A DNA stretch of 64,000 nt from an uncultured Lachnospiraceae bacterium (lineage in GTDB: Bacteria > Bacillota > Clostridia > Lachnospirales > Lachnospiraceae). The position numbers were made by a program, and so were the translations under genes. Location of the stretch: contig CAMWFQ010000017.1 of NCBI GenBank assembly GCA_947173495.1, positions 19,018 through 83,017 on the forward strand, written 5' to 3'. Below, piece after piece: positions 50,797 through 61,165 of this stretch (positions are counted from its first letter, which is position 1; the number at the start of each line of letters is the position of its first letter). The notes below the pieces were generated by a model. It searched no databases, had not been told where the DNA came from, and saw only the letters and a list, made by a program, of their open reading frames with translations.

Positions 50797-51846
50797 CTAC
50801 CTCGCATAAATTTCGTCAAAGACGCCTCCATCCATGAAGAACTTGTTATATGCGGCATCCCACCCACCAAAATCATTTATTGTACACAGTTCCATATCAA
50901 GGTCAAATTTATCAGCATATTCCTTCAAAATCTCTTCGTCCGATGGTCTGTAACCATATTCTCCTATGAGCATCTGTGCTTCCTCAGAGTACAGATATAA
51001 AAGATAATCATGTGCTATTTCCTGTGTTCCATTCTTGTTTGCGTTTTCATCTACAATGGCTACGCTCGGCTGTGCCAGTATGCTTATGGACGGCGATACT
51101 ATCTCATATTCATTCGGGTACTCTGCAACTGTTGCTATTGCCTCATTCTCCCATGAGACAAGCACATCTCCCTGTCCGTTCTCTACAAATGTAGTGGTGG
51201 ATCCCCTTGCCCCCGAATCCATAACAAGAACATTACCATACAGTTTAGCCATAAATTCCTTCATCTGATTCTCATCATTCCCATACATCTGTCCTGCATA
51301 ATACCATGCCGCCAGGAAATTCCAACAGGCCGCACCGCTGCTTTTCGGATCTGGAGAAATAACTCCTATACCCTCTTTAATAAGATCGTCCCAACCTTGT
51401 ATTCCTTTTGGATTCCCGGAACGCACCAAAAATACAATCGTAGATGTATATGGGGAAGAATCCCTGTCAAACTCATCCATCCATCCTGCTTCAATCAACC
51501 CTGCCTGTTCCACAAGCGTAATGTCATGTGCCAAGGCAAGCGTAACAACATCTGCATCCGCACCCTCCACAACGCTCCTTGCCTGACCGCCGCTGCCGCC
51601 ATGAGACTGCACTATTTCCACATCCGTTCCGGTTTCTGACTTATAGTAATCACTGAAAAGCTCATTATAGGTTGCATACAACTCCCTTGTTGGATCATAG
51701 GAGACATTAGTAATCGTGATCTTTCCTGTTTTACTGCCCAATGAATTGTCAGTCACTTTCTTTTCTTCTCCCCCACACCCCGTAACCATCAGAGTAGATA
51801 CTATACATATTGTCGCTGCTGATAAAGTCCAGCTTCTTTTTTTCAT
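50797..51846 (-). CDS. sbp: Sulfate-binding lipoprotein
   Basis: Lipobox VTGC; NVSYDPTRELY, QSHGGSGGQAR, SPYTSTIVFLVR, ARGSTTTF, WENEA. Confidence 0.93.
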   Translation of the reverse strand: MKKRSWTLSAATICIVSTLMVTGCGGEEKKVTDNSLGSKTGKITITNVSYDPTRELYATYNELFSDYYKSETGTDVEIVQSHGGSGGQARSVVEGADADVVTLALAHDITLVEQAGLIEAGWMDEFDRDSSPYTSTIVFLVRSGNPKGIQGWDDLIKEGIGVISPDPKSSGAACWNFLAAWYYAGQMYGNDENQMKEFMAKLYGNVLVMDSGARGSTTTFVENGQGDVLVSWENEAIATVAEYPNEYEIVSPSISILAQPSVAIVDENANKNGTQEIAHDYLLYLYSEEAQMLIGEYGYRPSDEEILKEYADKFDLDMELCTINDFGGWDAAYNKFFMDGGVFDEIYAR

Positions 51847-51875
51847 ATTCCTCCTCCTGTGACAAAATTTGCATA

Positions 51876-52658
51876 TTAATAAAGCCGGTTTTCGGGCTTG
51901 TTGATGGCATAAAAACCTTTTTCATTCAATGAATTAACCCTGTTATAGGTCATTTCACTATCGTCCAACTGGCGAAAAATTCCTCCTGCCTCTTCCACGA
52001 TGCACTGCATTGCCGCAGTATCCCACTCCATCGTAGGATTGTGGCGGAAATAGATGTCTGCATCCCCTTTTGCCACAAGACACCCTTTAAGAGAGCTTCC
52101 TATACTTATCAAGTCTTTTATCTCATACTTCTCTATCATTTGCTCCATTTTCTCACAGGAGTGAGAACTACTGGCAACAGCTTTAATCTTACCATGATCC
52201 GTATTATCCGAAACATGCAGTCGTTCTTCCGTACCATCGGCATTAAGCAGGAATGCTCCTCCACCTTTGGAGGCATAGTACAAATCTCCCGTTACCGGTA
52301 CATAAATGACCCCCATAACTGTCCTGTGTTCATATGCCAAAGCTATATTTACTGTAAACTGTCCATTCCGTTTTATAAATTCCTTCGTTCCATCCAAAGG
52401 ATCTATGATAAAGCATAGTGGATTCACCAATCTCTTCCTGTCATCATTTTCTTCTTCTGAAAGAATGGCATAGGAAGAAAATGAATCTCTTAACATAGTG
52501 ACAATAAGATCATTTGACACTTTATCCGCATTTGTGAGTGGAGAATGATCCGTCTTATATTCCACGGTATCTATGAAGTTTGTCTCATAGACCTTCATAA
52601 TCTCCGTTCCGGCTTTTTTTGCGACTTCCTTTGCTATAGCAAGTTCTTTATTCCACAT
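51876..52658 (-). CDS. cysQ: 3'(2'),5'-bisphosphate nucleotidase
   Basis: LSEE, IIDPLDGTKEF, SSSH, GSSLK, EWDTAA. Confidence 0.93.
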   Translation of the reverse strand: MWNKELAIAKEVAKKAGTEIMKVYETNFIDTVEYKTDHSPLTNADKVSNDLIVTMLRDSFSSYAILSEEENDDRKRLVNPLCFIIDPLDGTKEFIKRNGQFTVNIALAYEHRTVMGVIYVPVTGDLYYASKGGGAFLLNADGTEERLHVSDNTDHGKIKAVASSSHSCEKMEQMIEKYEIKDLISIGSSLKGCLVAKGDADIYFRHNPTMEWDTAAMQCIVEEAGGIFRQLDDSEMTYNRVNSLNEKGFYAINKPENRLY

Positions 52659-54480
52659 ACAGATACTTCTCCAATTCCTTCATTACATATTCCGTTGCTT
52701 CATCAAGTGTACACTTGCTCGTATTGATTATAATATCGGGATTTTCCGGAGACTCATATGGGCTATTGATACCCGTAAAGTTCGGAATTCTGCCCTCTCT
52801 TGCTTTCTTATAGAGCCCTTTGACATCCCTCTTCTCACACTCTTCCAGAGGCGTACTGACATATATCTCCACAAAGTTCTCTTTTCCTATAATCTCAGCT
52901 GCATTCCTACGATCGCTTCGGAAAGGCGAGATAAATGATGCCAGTACAATAAGCCCCGCATCGTTCATAAGCTTAGATACCTCTGCTACCCTTCTTATAT
53001 TTTCAATACGATCGCCCTCTTCAAACCCTAGGTTCTTATTAAGCCCCATACGAACGTTATCGCCATCCAAGAGCATCGTAAAATTTCCCCGCATTGACAA
53101 TGTCTTTTCTATCACACTTGCAAGAGCAGACTTCCCTGCTCCAGACAGTCCCGTAAACCACAGGGTCATAGGCCTCTGGTTCATTTTAGCCGAACGGATA
53201 GTGCGGTCAATCTCTGTCTGTTGCCATGTGAGATTATCCGATCTTCGAAGCGGATGCTCAATAACACCACAGGCAGAGGTCATATTTGTAAGCCTGTCCA
53301 TCATTATAAATTCTCCCATCGTTCTGTGGGATGAAAATTCATCAAAGACAGCTTTCCTGGACAACGCTATATCACAAACAGCAATCTCATTCTTATATAG
53401 GTTGCGAACTGGAACATGTTCCCCCGTATTAACATCTACCTTATATTTTACTCGCATTACTGTGGCTGGCATTTTCTGCGTGGCGAGTTTTAATAGAAAA
53501 CTTTTTCCCTCCACCAGCTTCTCATCATCCATCCAAAGAATCAAAGCCGTAAACATAGATGAAACATACAACTCCGTGCCTTTTACAAATACACACCCTC
53601 TTGAAACATCAATTTCACGATCAAGTTGGATTGTAACAGGCATTCCAGCAAATATACTATTCACAGCCTTATCTGTATGAAAAATAGATTTTACATTTGC
53701 CTTCTCTCCGCTGGGTAAAACCGTAAGCTCGTCTCCCACAGATATAAAACCATTTTCCACCTGTCCCTCGAATCCCCTATAGGTATGATCCGGACGGCAG
53801 ACCCTCTGAATGGGCATAATAAAGCCGGACTCATCATTATCGAAAATGTTCACGCCCTCCAGATACTCCAGAAGCGTTTCTCCTCTGTACCAGATCATAT
53901 TAGAAGAATGCTGCGTAACATTATCCCCTTCCGTTGCAGAAACTGGAATTATTTTGACATTAACGAGATCAAGTTCAACCGCAAGCTTTCGGATGTCTTT
54001 TTCGAGCCTTGCATACTTTTCCCTGTTATAGTGGATGAGATCCATCTTGTTAAGTGCAAATACAAAGTAACGGATCCCCATCAGGGCACATATTCTCGCA
54101 TGGCGTCTTGTCTGTAACAATATACCTTGGGACGCATCAACCAGTATGACAGCAAGATCCGCAAATGAAGCTCCTACAGCCATATTGCGAGTATATTCCT
54201 CATGTCCAGGAGTATCTGCCACGATGAAAGAACGCTTTTCCGTGGTAAAATATCGGTATGCCACATCTATCGTAATTCCCTGCTCCCTCTCCGCAATAAG
54301 TCCGTCTAGCAACAGGGAATAATCAATCTCTCCACCACGGTTTCCAACCTTGCTATCAGTTTTTAATGCCTGTTCCTGATCGACAAAAAGGAGTTTTGCA
54401 TCATAGAGCATATGACCGATTAATGTAGATTTTCCATCATCCACGCTTCCGCAGGTTATAAATTTAAGTAAACTCTTCAT
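52648..54480 (-). CDS. cysNC: Fused sulfate adenylyltransferase subunit 1 / APS kinase
   Basis: CGSVDDGKSTL, EREQGITIDVAY, DTPGHEEY, NKMD; C-terminal WFTGLSGAGKS, LDGDNVR. Confidence 0.95.
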   Translation of the reverse strand: MKSLLKFITCGSVDDGKSTLIGHMLYDAKLLFVDQEQALKTDSKVGNRGGEIDYSLLLDGLIAEREQGITIDVAYRYFTTEKRSFIVADTPGHEEYTRNMAVGASFADLAVILVDASQGILLQTRRHARICALMGIRYFVFALNKMDLIHYNREKYARLEKDIRKLAVELDLVNVKIIPVSATEGDNVTQHSSNMIWYRGETLLEYLEGVNIFDNDESGFIMPIQRVCRPDHTYRGFEGQVENGFISVGDELTVLPSGEKANVKSIFHTDKAVNSIFAGMPVTIQLDREIDVSRGCVFVKGTELYVSSMFTALILWMDDEKLVEGKSFLLKLATQKMPATVMRVKYKVDVNTGEHVPVRNLYKNEIAVCDIALSRKAVFDEFSSHRTMGEFIMMDRLTNMTSACGVIEHPLRRSDNLTWQQTEIDRTIRSAKMNQRPMTLWFTGLSGAGKSALASVIEKTLSMRGNFTMLLDGDNVRMGLNKNLGFEEGDRIENIRRVAEVSKLMNDAGLIVLASFISPFRSDRRNAAEIIGKENFVEIYVSTPLEECEKRDVKGLYKKAREGRIPNFTGINSPYESPENPDIIINTSKCTLDEATEYVMKELEKYLYVE

Positions 54481-54481
54481 C

Positions 54482-55387
54482 TTAGAAATACCCCTCCCGC
54501 TTTCGCTTCTCCATGCTGGCGGAACCGCCGTCCTTATCTATTACACGGCTGGCACGTTCTGACTCCGCTGCTGAAAGTGTCTCTTCTATGACTTCATCTA
54601 TTGTGGTGGCATTAGACTCCACTCCACCAGATAAGGGATAGCATCCAAGCGTCCGGAATCTGACCATCTTTATCTGTGCTTCTTCCCCCGGATTCAGTCT
54701 CATTCTATCATCATCCACCATGATAAGATTGCCGTCTCGCTCCACTACAGGCCTTCTGGCAGCAAAATACAGCGGTACAATCGGTATGTTCTCTCGTTTG
54801 ATATACTGCCATATATCAGTCTCCGTCCAATTGGATATGGGAAATACACGGATGCTCTCCCCCTTCTTGATCTCTGCATTAAAACACTTCCACATCTCAG
54901 GACGCTGATTTTTGGGTTCCCAAGCCTGGGATGTATTGCGGAAAGAGAATATACGCTCCTTTGCCCGACTTTTCTCTTCATCACGTCTACCGCCGCCAAA
55001 GGCAACCGTGAAACCATACTTGTCCAATGCCTGCCTTAAAGCCTGTGTCTTCATAATATCGGTATAAGCCGCTCCATGATCAAAAGGATTAATTCCTTGC
55101 TCAACCCCCGTTTCATTGATATACTCTATCATTTCTATACCAAGTTCTTTTGTCCTTCTATCTCTAAATTCTATCATCTCTTTAAACTTCCATGTTGTGT
55201 TCACATGCAAGAAAGGAAACGGTGGTTTTTCTGGATAAAATGCTTTTAAAGCTAAATGAAGCATAACCGAAGAATCTTTGCCGATAGAGTATAGCATAAC
55301 AGGCTTTTCACATTCTGAAACAACTTCCCTCATAATATAAATGGACTCCGCCTCAAGTATGTCTAAGTGATTCAACTTATTAATCAA
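54482..55387 (-). CDS. cysD: Sulfate adenylyltransferase subunit 2
   Basis: [39 protein letters not shown]. Confidence 0.96.
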   Translation of the reverse strand: MINKLNHLDILEAESIYIMREVVSECEKPVMLYSIGKDSSVMLHLALKAFYPEKPPFPFLHVNTTWKFKEMIEFRDRRTKELGIEMIEYINETGVEQGINPFDHGAAYTDIMKTQALRQALDKYGFTVAFGGGRRDEEKSRAKERIFSFRNTSQAWEPKNQRPEMWKCFNAEIKKGESIRVFPISNWTETDIWQYIKRENIPIVPLYFAARRPVVERDGNLIMVDDDRMRLNPGEEAQIKMVRFRTLGCYPLSGGVESNATTIDEVIEETLSAAESERASRVIDKDGGSASMEKRKREGYF

Positions 55388-56856
55388 AACAATCCTCCTA
55401 TATATAATTTCATAATCTTTTTTTCATTTTCCTCACAAACCAGGAAATATGCCATAATGCCAAAAGTCAGGCAAAAAAGTAATACACATGTAGTTACAGT
55501 AATTATAGGACTTTTATTCCATATGTTATGGATGAGGGCTGTAGGAATAAATGCGAAAACAAATGCAATTATAATGCCTAAATATTTCAATGTATATGGC
55601 TGTATCCTTAAATGTTTATACATTAAAATAAATAGAAGCGTGTTACTAATAATCACAGCTGTTGCAGAAGCTATAGCTGCTCCCTCGATTCCATATATCG
55701 GAATCATTTGTCTATTAAGAAAAACGTTGACAGATACTGCAATTAGATTTGCAGCCAAAAAATGTGATGCTTTGCCAGTCATAGAATTGAGATATCCAAC
55801 TGACCCAACCAAGGAGTTAACTGTTTCTCCTATCAATATAATAACAAGAACCCTATAGCCCACGATATATTCATCTCCTATTAGTGATAATACATCTCTA
55901 CCGCATATGGATACAGTTCCCATAACTACTGCATTAAAACATACCACCCATTTTGTCGTTCGGCTATATAAATGCCTTAGATTTTCAATATTGTCCGAGT
56001 AATAATATTCTGAAATCAATGGAGCAAATATGCTATTAACCGCAACTAATGCAAAACTTGCAATCTTTCCAATGTTCAAAGCCATCGAATAAATCGCCAA
56101 TTTAGCATCATTAAGATAATACCCAATCATAAATTGATCAATCTCAGAATTGATGACTGTTATCGCACTGGATAACAATAATGGAATGGATAATGAAAAC
56201 AGAAATGATATGGATTCTTTCTCCTTGTCTCCCTTGAAAAGATGCATATCGTGCAGAAAAAGCAAAGCCATAAATATCATGAGAATACAGCTTATATAAT
56301 AACTTATAATAAGAGAATATATGGTCTTTATTTCGAATGCATACCATAGAATAACAAAAGAAAGCAACCTTATGCCATATTGCATATGCATGTAAACAAT
56401 ATAATATTTGAACGTTTCCTTAGTCCCTCTTAAAACTGATGCAAAAAGAAGACCCACTGTTTCAAGAATTATGATCGGCGACATTTCCCTCAATATACGA
56501 TAGTTGCCACCTCCAGATCCCATTATTGTTACAAATGTTGGTTTAAAAATATTAATAACAAAAATCATAATAACTGATAAAGTCAGCGATACACTTATAC
56601 AGAATAAGACAATCCACCTTTTCTTCTCAATTGTGATATCTTTTCGTGCCATTAAAGACACAATGCTGTTTTCAAATCCAAACTTTGTAGCAATCATGCA
56701 AATAGAAAGAATTGTATAAACATATAAAACAATTCCATATCCCTTAGCCCCTAACAGCTGTCCGGCTAAAACCATTATGATAAACTCATATAACAGCCCC
56801 AATGCTTGACATACAAAAGCAACACCTGTTTTCTTTATAAAAGAATTATTTATCAT
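55384..56856 (-). CDS. Polysaccharide flippase (Wzx/MOP family)
   Basis: 490 aa, about 12-14 TMs, [26 protein letters not shown]. Confidence 0.85.
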   Translation of the reverse strand: MINNSFIKKTGVAFVCQALGLLYEFIIMVLAGQLLGAKGYGIVLYVYTILSICMIATKFGFENSIVSLMARKDITIEKKRWIVLFCISVSLTLSVIMIFVINIFKPTFVTIMGSGGGNYRILREMSPIIILETVGLLFASVLRGTKETFKYYIVYMHMQYGIRLLSFVILWYAFEIKTIYSLIISYYISCILMIFMALLFLHDMHLFKGDKEKESISFLFSLSIPLLLSSAITVINSEIDQFMIGYYLNDAKLAIYSMALNIGKIASFALVAVNSIFAPLISEYYYSDNIENLRHLYSRTTKWVVCFNAVVMGTVSICGRDVLSLIGDEYIVGYRVLVIILIGETVNSLVGSVGYLNSMTGKASHFLAANLIAVSVNVFLNRQMIPIYGIEGAAIASATAVIISNTLLFILMYKHLRIQPYTLKYLGIIIAFVFAFIPTALIHNIWNKSPIITVTTCVLLFCLTFGIMAYFLVCEENEKKIMKLYIGGLF

Positions 56857-56857
56857 T

Positions 56858-57667
56858 TTACTTCTTATCTTTTCTTATATAATCTAATAGCAATCCAAGT
56901 TCATCGGCATATCCGAGCATTTTAAAATCATCGGCATATCGCTTATATACTTTATATGCTGTATTTTCATCATAATAATCACGCCAATCTATTTTTTGTG
57001 AATTAGCTTGATTCGCGTGTCGTATTTCATCCAGATTACTCCTCTCTTGAATTGCTGAAAAATCCTCTTTAATGTTTTCAATCTTACCAATAAAATCAAC
57101 AAGAGACCTGTCGTTTTCGTATAAAATGCTCACTTGAGATATGAATGTTTGGTCAGAACGGCTGTCTGGTGTCTTGCATACCCTGTTCGCAAATTCCTTA
57201 AATCCCTTATCTTTTTTAAAACTCCCCCACATATATGAATCATATTCACGTACACGTCTTCCGTTGACGTAAACGTCCTTGTGGTACCTGTATTCATAGC
57301 AGCTAACAAGTCTCGAAAAAGGATTTCTTACTATTGAAAATTTATAATAATCTTCCGTATCTAACGGTGGCTTTCCATAATGAATCAATCCTCGTTTTTC
57401 CATCTCTATATGAATGTCGTTTTCATTATCCGGTTTATATGATATAAAACTTTCTTGTATTGAAGAGCATGCAACTTTGGGATTTATCATATATATAACC
57501 TTCCTGTCATCATCCCTTATATACTGCCTCCGTCTCATAGTGCCAAATACAAATAAATTAACGGTATCATATAAATTCACGGCAATGAATCGTAACAGTT
57601 TGGAACGGCTAAGAATATTGTGCAACACTACTATTATTTTCCTATTCTCAATCATTCTATCCTTCAT
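56858..57667 (-). CDS. Sulfotransferase family 2 (carbohydrate sulfotransferase-like)
   Basis: 5'-PSB motif NPKVACSSI, 3'-PB motif FSIVRNPFSRLVSCY, DFIGKIE, YADDF..LGY. Confidence 0.85.
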   Translation of the reverse strand: MKDRMIENRKIIVVLHNILSRSKLLRFIAVNLYDTVNLFVFGTMRRRQYIRDDDRKVIYMINPKVACSSIQESFISYKPDNENDIHIEMEKRGLIHYGKPPLDTEDYYKFSIVRNPFSRLVSCYEYRYHKDVYVNGRRVREYDSYMWGSFKKDKGFKEFANRVCKTPDSRSDQTFISQVSILYENDRSLVDFIGKIENIKEDFSAIQERSNLDEIRHANQANSQKIDWRDYYDENTAYKVYKRYADDFKMLGYADELGLLLDYIRKDKK

Positions 57668-58223
57668 TTATAATCTCCAATATTAGCGTATGCCCAAGTC
57701 TCGGATATTTTCTAAACAAACACTCAAAGGGCAAAAACCTGATTTCCCCCGTCACTTTTCCATATTTTTCAAGATCATCCACGTTAAACAGCCACTTTAC
57801 ATTTTTCAAATCGCCCCAAGTATCTAAACCAATTGCTTTCTTTATTATATCCCACGGGGATTTACCGTTCGGAACAAGAATAACGATACGCCCCCCCCGA
57901 ACGCATATTCGTTTCATCTCCAATATAAACTCGTCAAGTGAACAATCTAAATATTCCGCCACAGCGCATGCCCATATACAATCAAAAGTATCATCATCAA
58001 AAGATGTTTTTGCAGCATCACCAAGAACCTTATTATCATAATTAAGATTCTCCAAGGTCTCCTTGTCCACATCCAGTATGGTTACATCGTCAGATGCAAA
58101 ATAGGGTAGATAACATCCCAAACCGCCTCCAACATCTAAAATCCTACCAGACATTTTATTCGCACATTCAATTCTATACTTTGTAATTTCTGTCTTATGT
58201 AGGCTCTCATTATAATTGCTCAT
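57657..58223 (-). CDS. Class I SAM-dependent methyltransferase
   Basis: ILDVGGGLG, DDTFD, GGRIVILVPN. Confidence 0.85.
   Translation of the reverse strand: MSNYNESLHKTEITKYRIECANKMSGRILDVGGGLGCYLPYFASDDVTILDVDKETLENLNYDNKVLGDAAKTSFDDDTFDCIWACAVAEYLDCSLDEFILEMKRICVRGGRIVILVPNGKSPWDIIKKAIGLDTWGDLKNVKWLFNVDDLEKYGKVTGEIRFLPFECLFRKYPRLGHTLILEIINEG
57891..57898 (-). repeat. G8 tract (in frame) in the methyltransferase gene
   Basis: C8 on the plus strand, within codons for RGG. Confidence 0.8.
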
Positions 58224-59016
58224 CCAGCCACTCTCCAGCTTCTTTTACATTCATTATCCACGCTCCGTCATTTTTTGCTTTAGCAAGAAACTTTGTATAT
58301 ATGCTGACATTATCAGGATACTCAATCTCATTGAAATGACATTGGTGAAAATTCAGCATAATAATTCCACCATCCTTGGCAACCTGGCAACACTCTTTAT
58401 ACATATCCTCTGTAAAATTGACTGTATCCATTAAAGTGATCGGGATTTCAACAATACCCTCAACGGTCCTTAGCGGCTGCTCCATTCCCACCTTTGTAGA
58501 ATATCCTAAAGTAGAATCATACTTAATGCCTATCTTTTTATGAATCTGCCATGTTGTCTTGTCATCAAAATTCAAATGATGCTGCCTAGTGCTTACCACC
58601 TGATGTCCCAATATACCCTCCAGAACTCTCTTTTCAGACGCAAGGATCTCCTCGCTATTAAACGAATAATACGATCCATGTAACCCTATCTCAAATCCTC
58701 TCCTGTCGAGCTCCCTAATAATACTTTGCAAAGCCATCGACTTAATATCATACCTGCCCATAAAATTAGCAGACATTTCCTTATGGCTCTCATTCAGGAA
58801 AAAAAATGTTGATTTGACATCATACATTTCTTCTAATTCTACAAGCTTTTGAAAATTCCAATATGGCTCATTTCCCTCCATTTTGGAGAGCAGACTTCTA
58901 AACTGTACTGCTGGCCTTTTTAATCCATAAACTAAATAATGGTACCACTGTTTTTTTACTCTATCGACATCGTGGGATAAGCACACGGCATATGGAGCAT
59001 CATTCTTCCATTTCAT
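58210..59016 (-). CDS. Polysaccharide deacetylase family protein
   Basis: LSHDVD, STFFFL, EIGLHGS, RQHHL, YDSTLG. Confidence 0.8.
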   Translation of the reverse strand: MKWKNDAPYAVCLSHDVDRVKKQWYHYLVYGLKRPAVQFRSLLSKMEGNEPYWNFQKLVELEEMYDVKSTFFFLNESHKEMSANFMGRYDIKSMALQSIIRELDRRGFEIGLHGSYYSFNSEEILASEKRVLEGILGHQVVSTRQHHLNFDDKTTWQIHKKIGIKYDSTLGYSTKVGMEQPLRTVEGIVEIPITLMDTVNFTEDMYKECCQVAKDGGIIMLNFHQCHFNEIEYPDNVSIYTKFLAKAKNDGAWIMNVKEAGEWLDEQL

Positions 59017-60055
59017 GTCTGCCCACTACCTCCTCAAGCTTTTTCATAAACAGATCATTAGGGTCTGGCATTTCATCCAGTATTTTCTTCCTTTTTTCTT
59101 TTCCTATTTCCCATATATTAGGAGTATTCATTAATTCTTTGGTTTCTGCAAGTGCAATATCATACCTCGTAGCCGGGTCATGAAGTACTCTTAGCAAATG
59201 GTACTTCTTTTCCTGCTCTTCCGTTGTACCAGAAGCTATCTCGTTCAAATAAAAAGAATGTGTACCTAATATCGCCGCCTCGCTTGCCATACTCGCCCCC
59301 TCGCTGATCACCACTGTCGCATAAAAAAGGACATGATGGATATCTTCAAAAGGTATCCGTAATTCATATGGCTGAAGCTGCCGTGGCAGACTCGCCTCAG
59401 ATGATATGTATACCCTGCCTAATTTACTAAGCTCTTCCACAAATGCCATTTTTTTCTTGCCCGAAATTCCTCCCTTTCCCACATCATGGCTTGCATTCCA
59501 CGATACAAACCTTAATACTATATAATGAATAGAATCATCTATGCCATGCTTCCACAATCTCTTTTTATCTGGTAAAAATTCCTTTTTGTGCAGATAAAAC
59601 AATTCCTTGTAAATCGGTTTCCTAATCTGTTTTTCACCCAAATCTGTCAAAAAATTCTCCGGCGTTATTATGCATGAAGAAAACCTTTTGCAGAGTCTTA
59701 AGGAGAATTTTGATACTTCAGTGTCCTCAAACAATATATGTGGTTTTCCTATAAGCTTTGCTGCAACAGCCATCATTGGGGATGCCCGCCCTATTAAAAC
59801 ATTGGGTTCAAACTTTCTTACAGCCTTAAAATATGAAAAACAGAGTTTTATAAACAAAAATCCCTTTTCAACAATGTTATTTCCTGTAGAATCTGCAAGT
59901 TTAAGATACTTTATTCCAAATGAATCCAATAATTTCAGATCCCCATCCTTATCAACAGCAATGACAAGCACTTCGCCATCTTTGTTAATCTCATCTATAA
60001 TGTAACGAAACTGGTGAGCCCATGCCGGATGCTCTATGCTTATTACAACCCTCAT
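59000..60055 (-). CDS. DUF354 family protein (GT-B-like)
   Basis: ISIEHPAWAHQF, FEDTE, YKELFYL, SEGASMASEAAILG. Confidence 0.75.
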   Translation of the reverse strand: MRVVISIEHPAWAHQFRYIIDEINKDGEVLVIAVDKDGDLKLLDSFGIKYLKLADSTGNNIVEKGFLFIKLCFSYFKAVRKFEPNVLIGRASPMMAVAAKLIGKPHILFEDTEVSKFSLRLCKRFSSCIITPENFLTDLGEKQIRKPIYKELFYLHKKEFLPDKKRLWKHGIDDSIHYIVLRFVSWNASHDVGKGGISGKKKMAFVEELSKLGRVYISSEASLPRQLQPYELRIPFEDIHHVLFYATVVISEGASMASEAAILGTHSFYLNEIASGTTEEQEKKYHLLRVLHDPATRYDIALAETKELMNTPNIWEIGKEKRKKILDEMPDPNDLFMKKLEEVVGRHEMEE

Positions 60056-61155
60056 TTATTTGTCTTCTCCAGCTTATCATTATCCTGCATATCCATCCAC
60101 ATCCCAAAACCTATGCTTTGGAATGAGAACAGCGTCAGCAAAAGGAATGTAATATACCACCCCACATTAACGTGACCGCCTAGTATCAATACTTCTATCA
60201 CAAGTTTTATAGTTACAGGAATATTTATTATTCCCATTATGATTCCCAAAAAATACATCAAGAACAACGGATGAAAGCTATCAACGAGATATTTATCCCA
60301 AAGTCTCTTGAAGAAGCTCTTAATTAGTAGCCCTGATATCCTAGGTACTACTTTTAATATCTTCATTTTTGACTTTTCACCAACATTGTAAACAGGCTTA
60401 GTCGGAACCTCAATCAAAGTACAGTTTGCAATGTTAAGCTTCACCAAAATATCATTCGGACAGCCATAAGAATGGTAAATATTGTAAAGTGGTATCCTGT
60501 TAAGGGCGGAAAGAGAAATAGCCGTATATCCTGTCTGGGTATCCGAAACAGACCAGTAGCCAGATGCAATTTTCGTCATAAGACTCAAAACGTTATTTCC
60601 AAAGTATCTTATCTGTGGCACAATGACACTTGCAGCTGGATGTGACAGCCTGTTCCCTTTAACATAATCTATCCCACGCTCCACAACAGGCTTAACTATA
60701 TCTAAAAGTTCATTCGGGTCCATCTGCCCATCACCTGCCATAACAGCAGTACAATCAATAGCATGGTCACGACACCATTTATATCCCACTGCTATCGCCG
60801 ATCCCACGCCAGAATTTTTCTCCGTGATAAGCACTATCCTGTCCGTGCTGTTGTCGTTATAAATTTCGTGCTCCGGGTATCTCGATTCTTCTTCCATCCG
60901 CAGTTCATAAAGCACAATATCAGCACGATTATATGCCGTCTCTTCTAATTCTACTTTGGGCTTCTTTATCTCAATCGTCTCGGTCTTATCATTTTCTATA
61001 TACTTCTTTACCACTGCTGCAGTATTGTCCTCTGAACCGTCATTTACTATAACGATGCGATCCACAAAATCCGGCATAGACTCTATGACCGTACCAATCT
61101 GATTTTCTTCATTATAAGCAGGTACAGTTACCGCTATCGTCTTCCCTGATACCAT
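60052..61155 (-). CDS. Glycosyltransferase family 2 with C-terminal TMs
   Basis: VPAYNEE, NDGSED, AGDGQMDP, VKGNRL, DTQTGY. Confidence 0.88.
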   Translation of the reverse strand: MVSGKTIAVTVPAYNEENQIGTVIESMPDFVDRIVIVNDGSEDNTAAVVKKYIENDKTETIEIKKPKVELEETAYNRADIVLYELRMEEESRYPEHEIYNDNSTDRIVLITEKNSGVGSAIAVGYKWCRDHAIDCTAVMAGDGQMDPNELLDIVKPVVERGIDYVKGNRLSHPAASVIVPQIRYFGNNVLSLMTKIASGYWSVSDTQTGYTAISLSALNRIPLYNIYHSYGCPNDILVKLNIANCTLIEVPTKPVYNVGEKSKMKILKVVPRISGLLIKSFFKRLWDKYLVDSFHPLFLMYFLGIIMGIINIPVTIKLVIEVLILGGHVNVGWYITFLLLTLFSFQSIGFGMWMDMQDNDKLEKTNK

Positions 61156-61165
61156 TCTTTATATC

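Noticed and set aside
52820-53680. 286-aa plus-strand ORF
   Set aside because: Antisense shadow of cysNC with low-information Ser/Thr/Ile-rich composition
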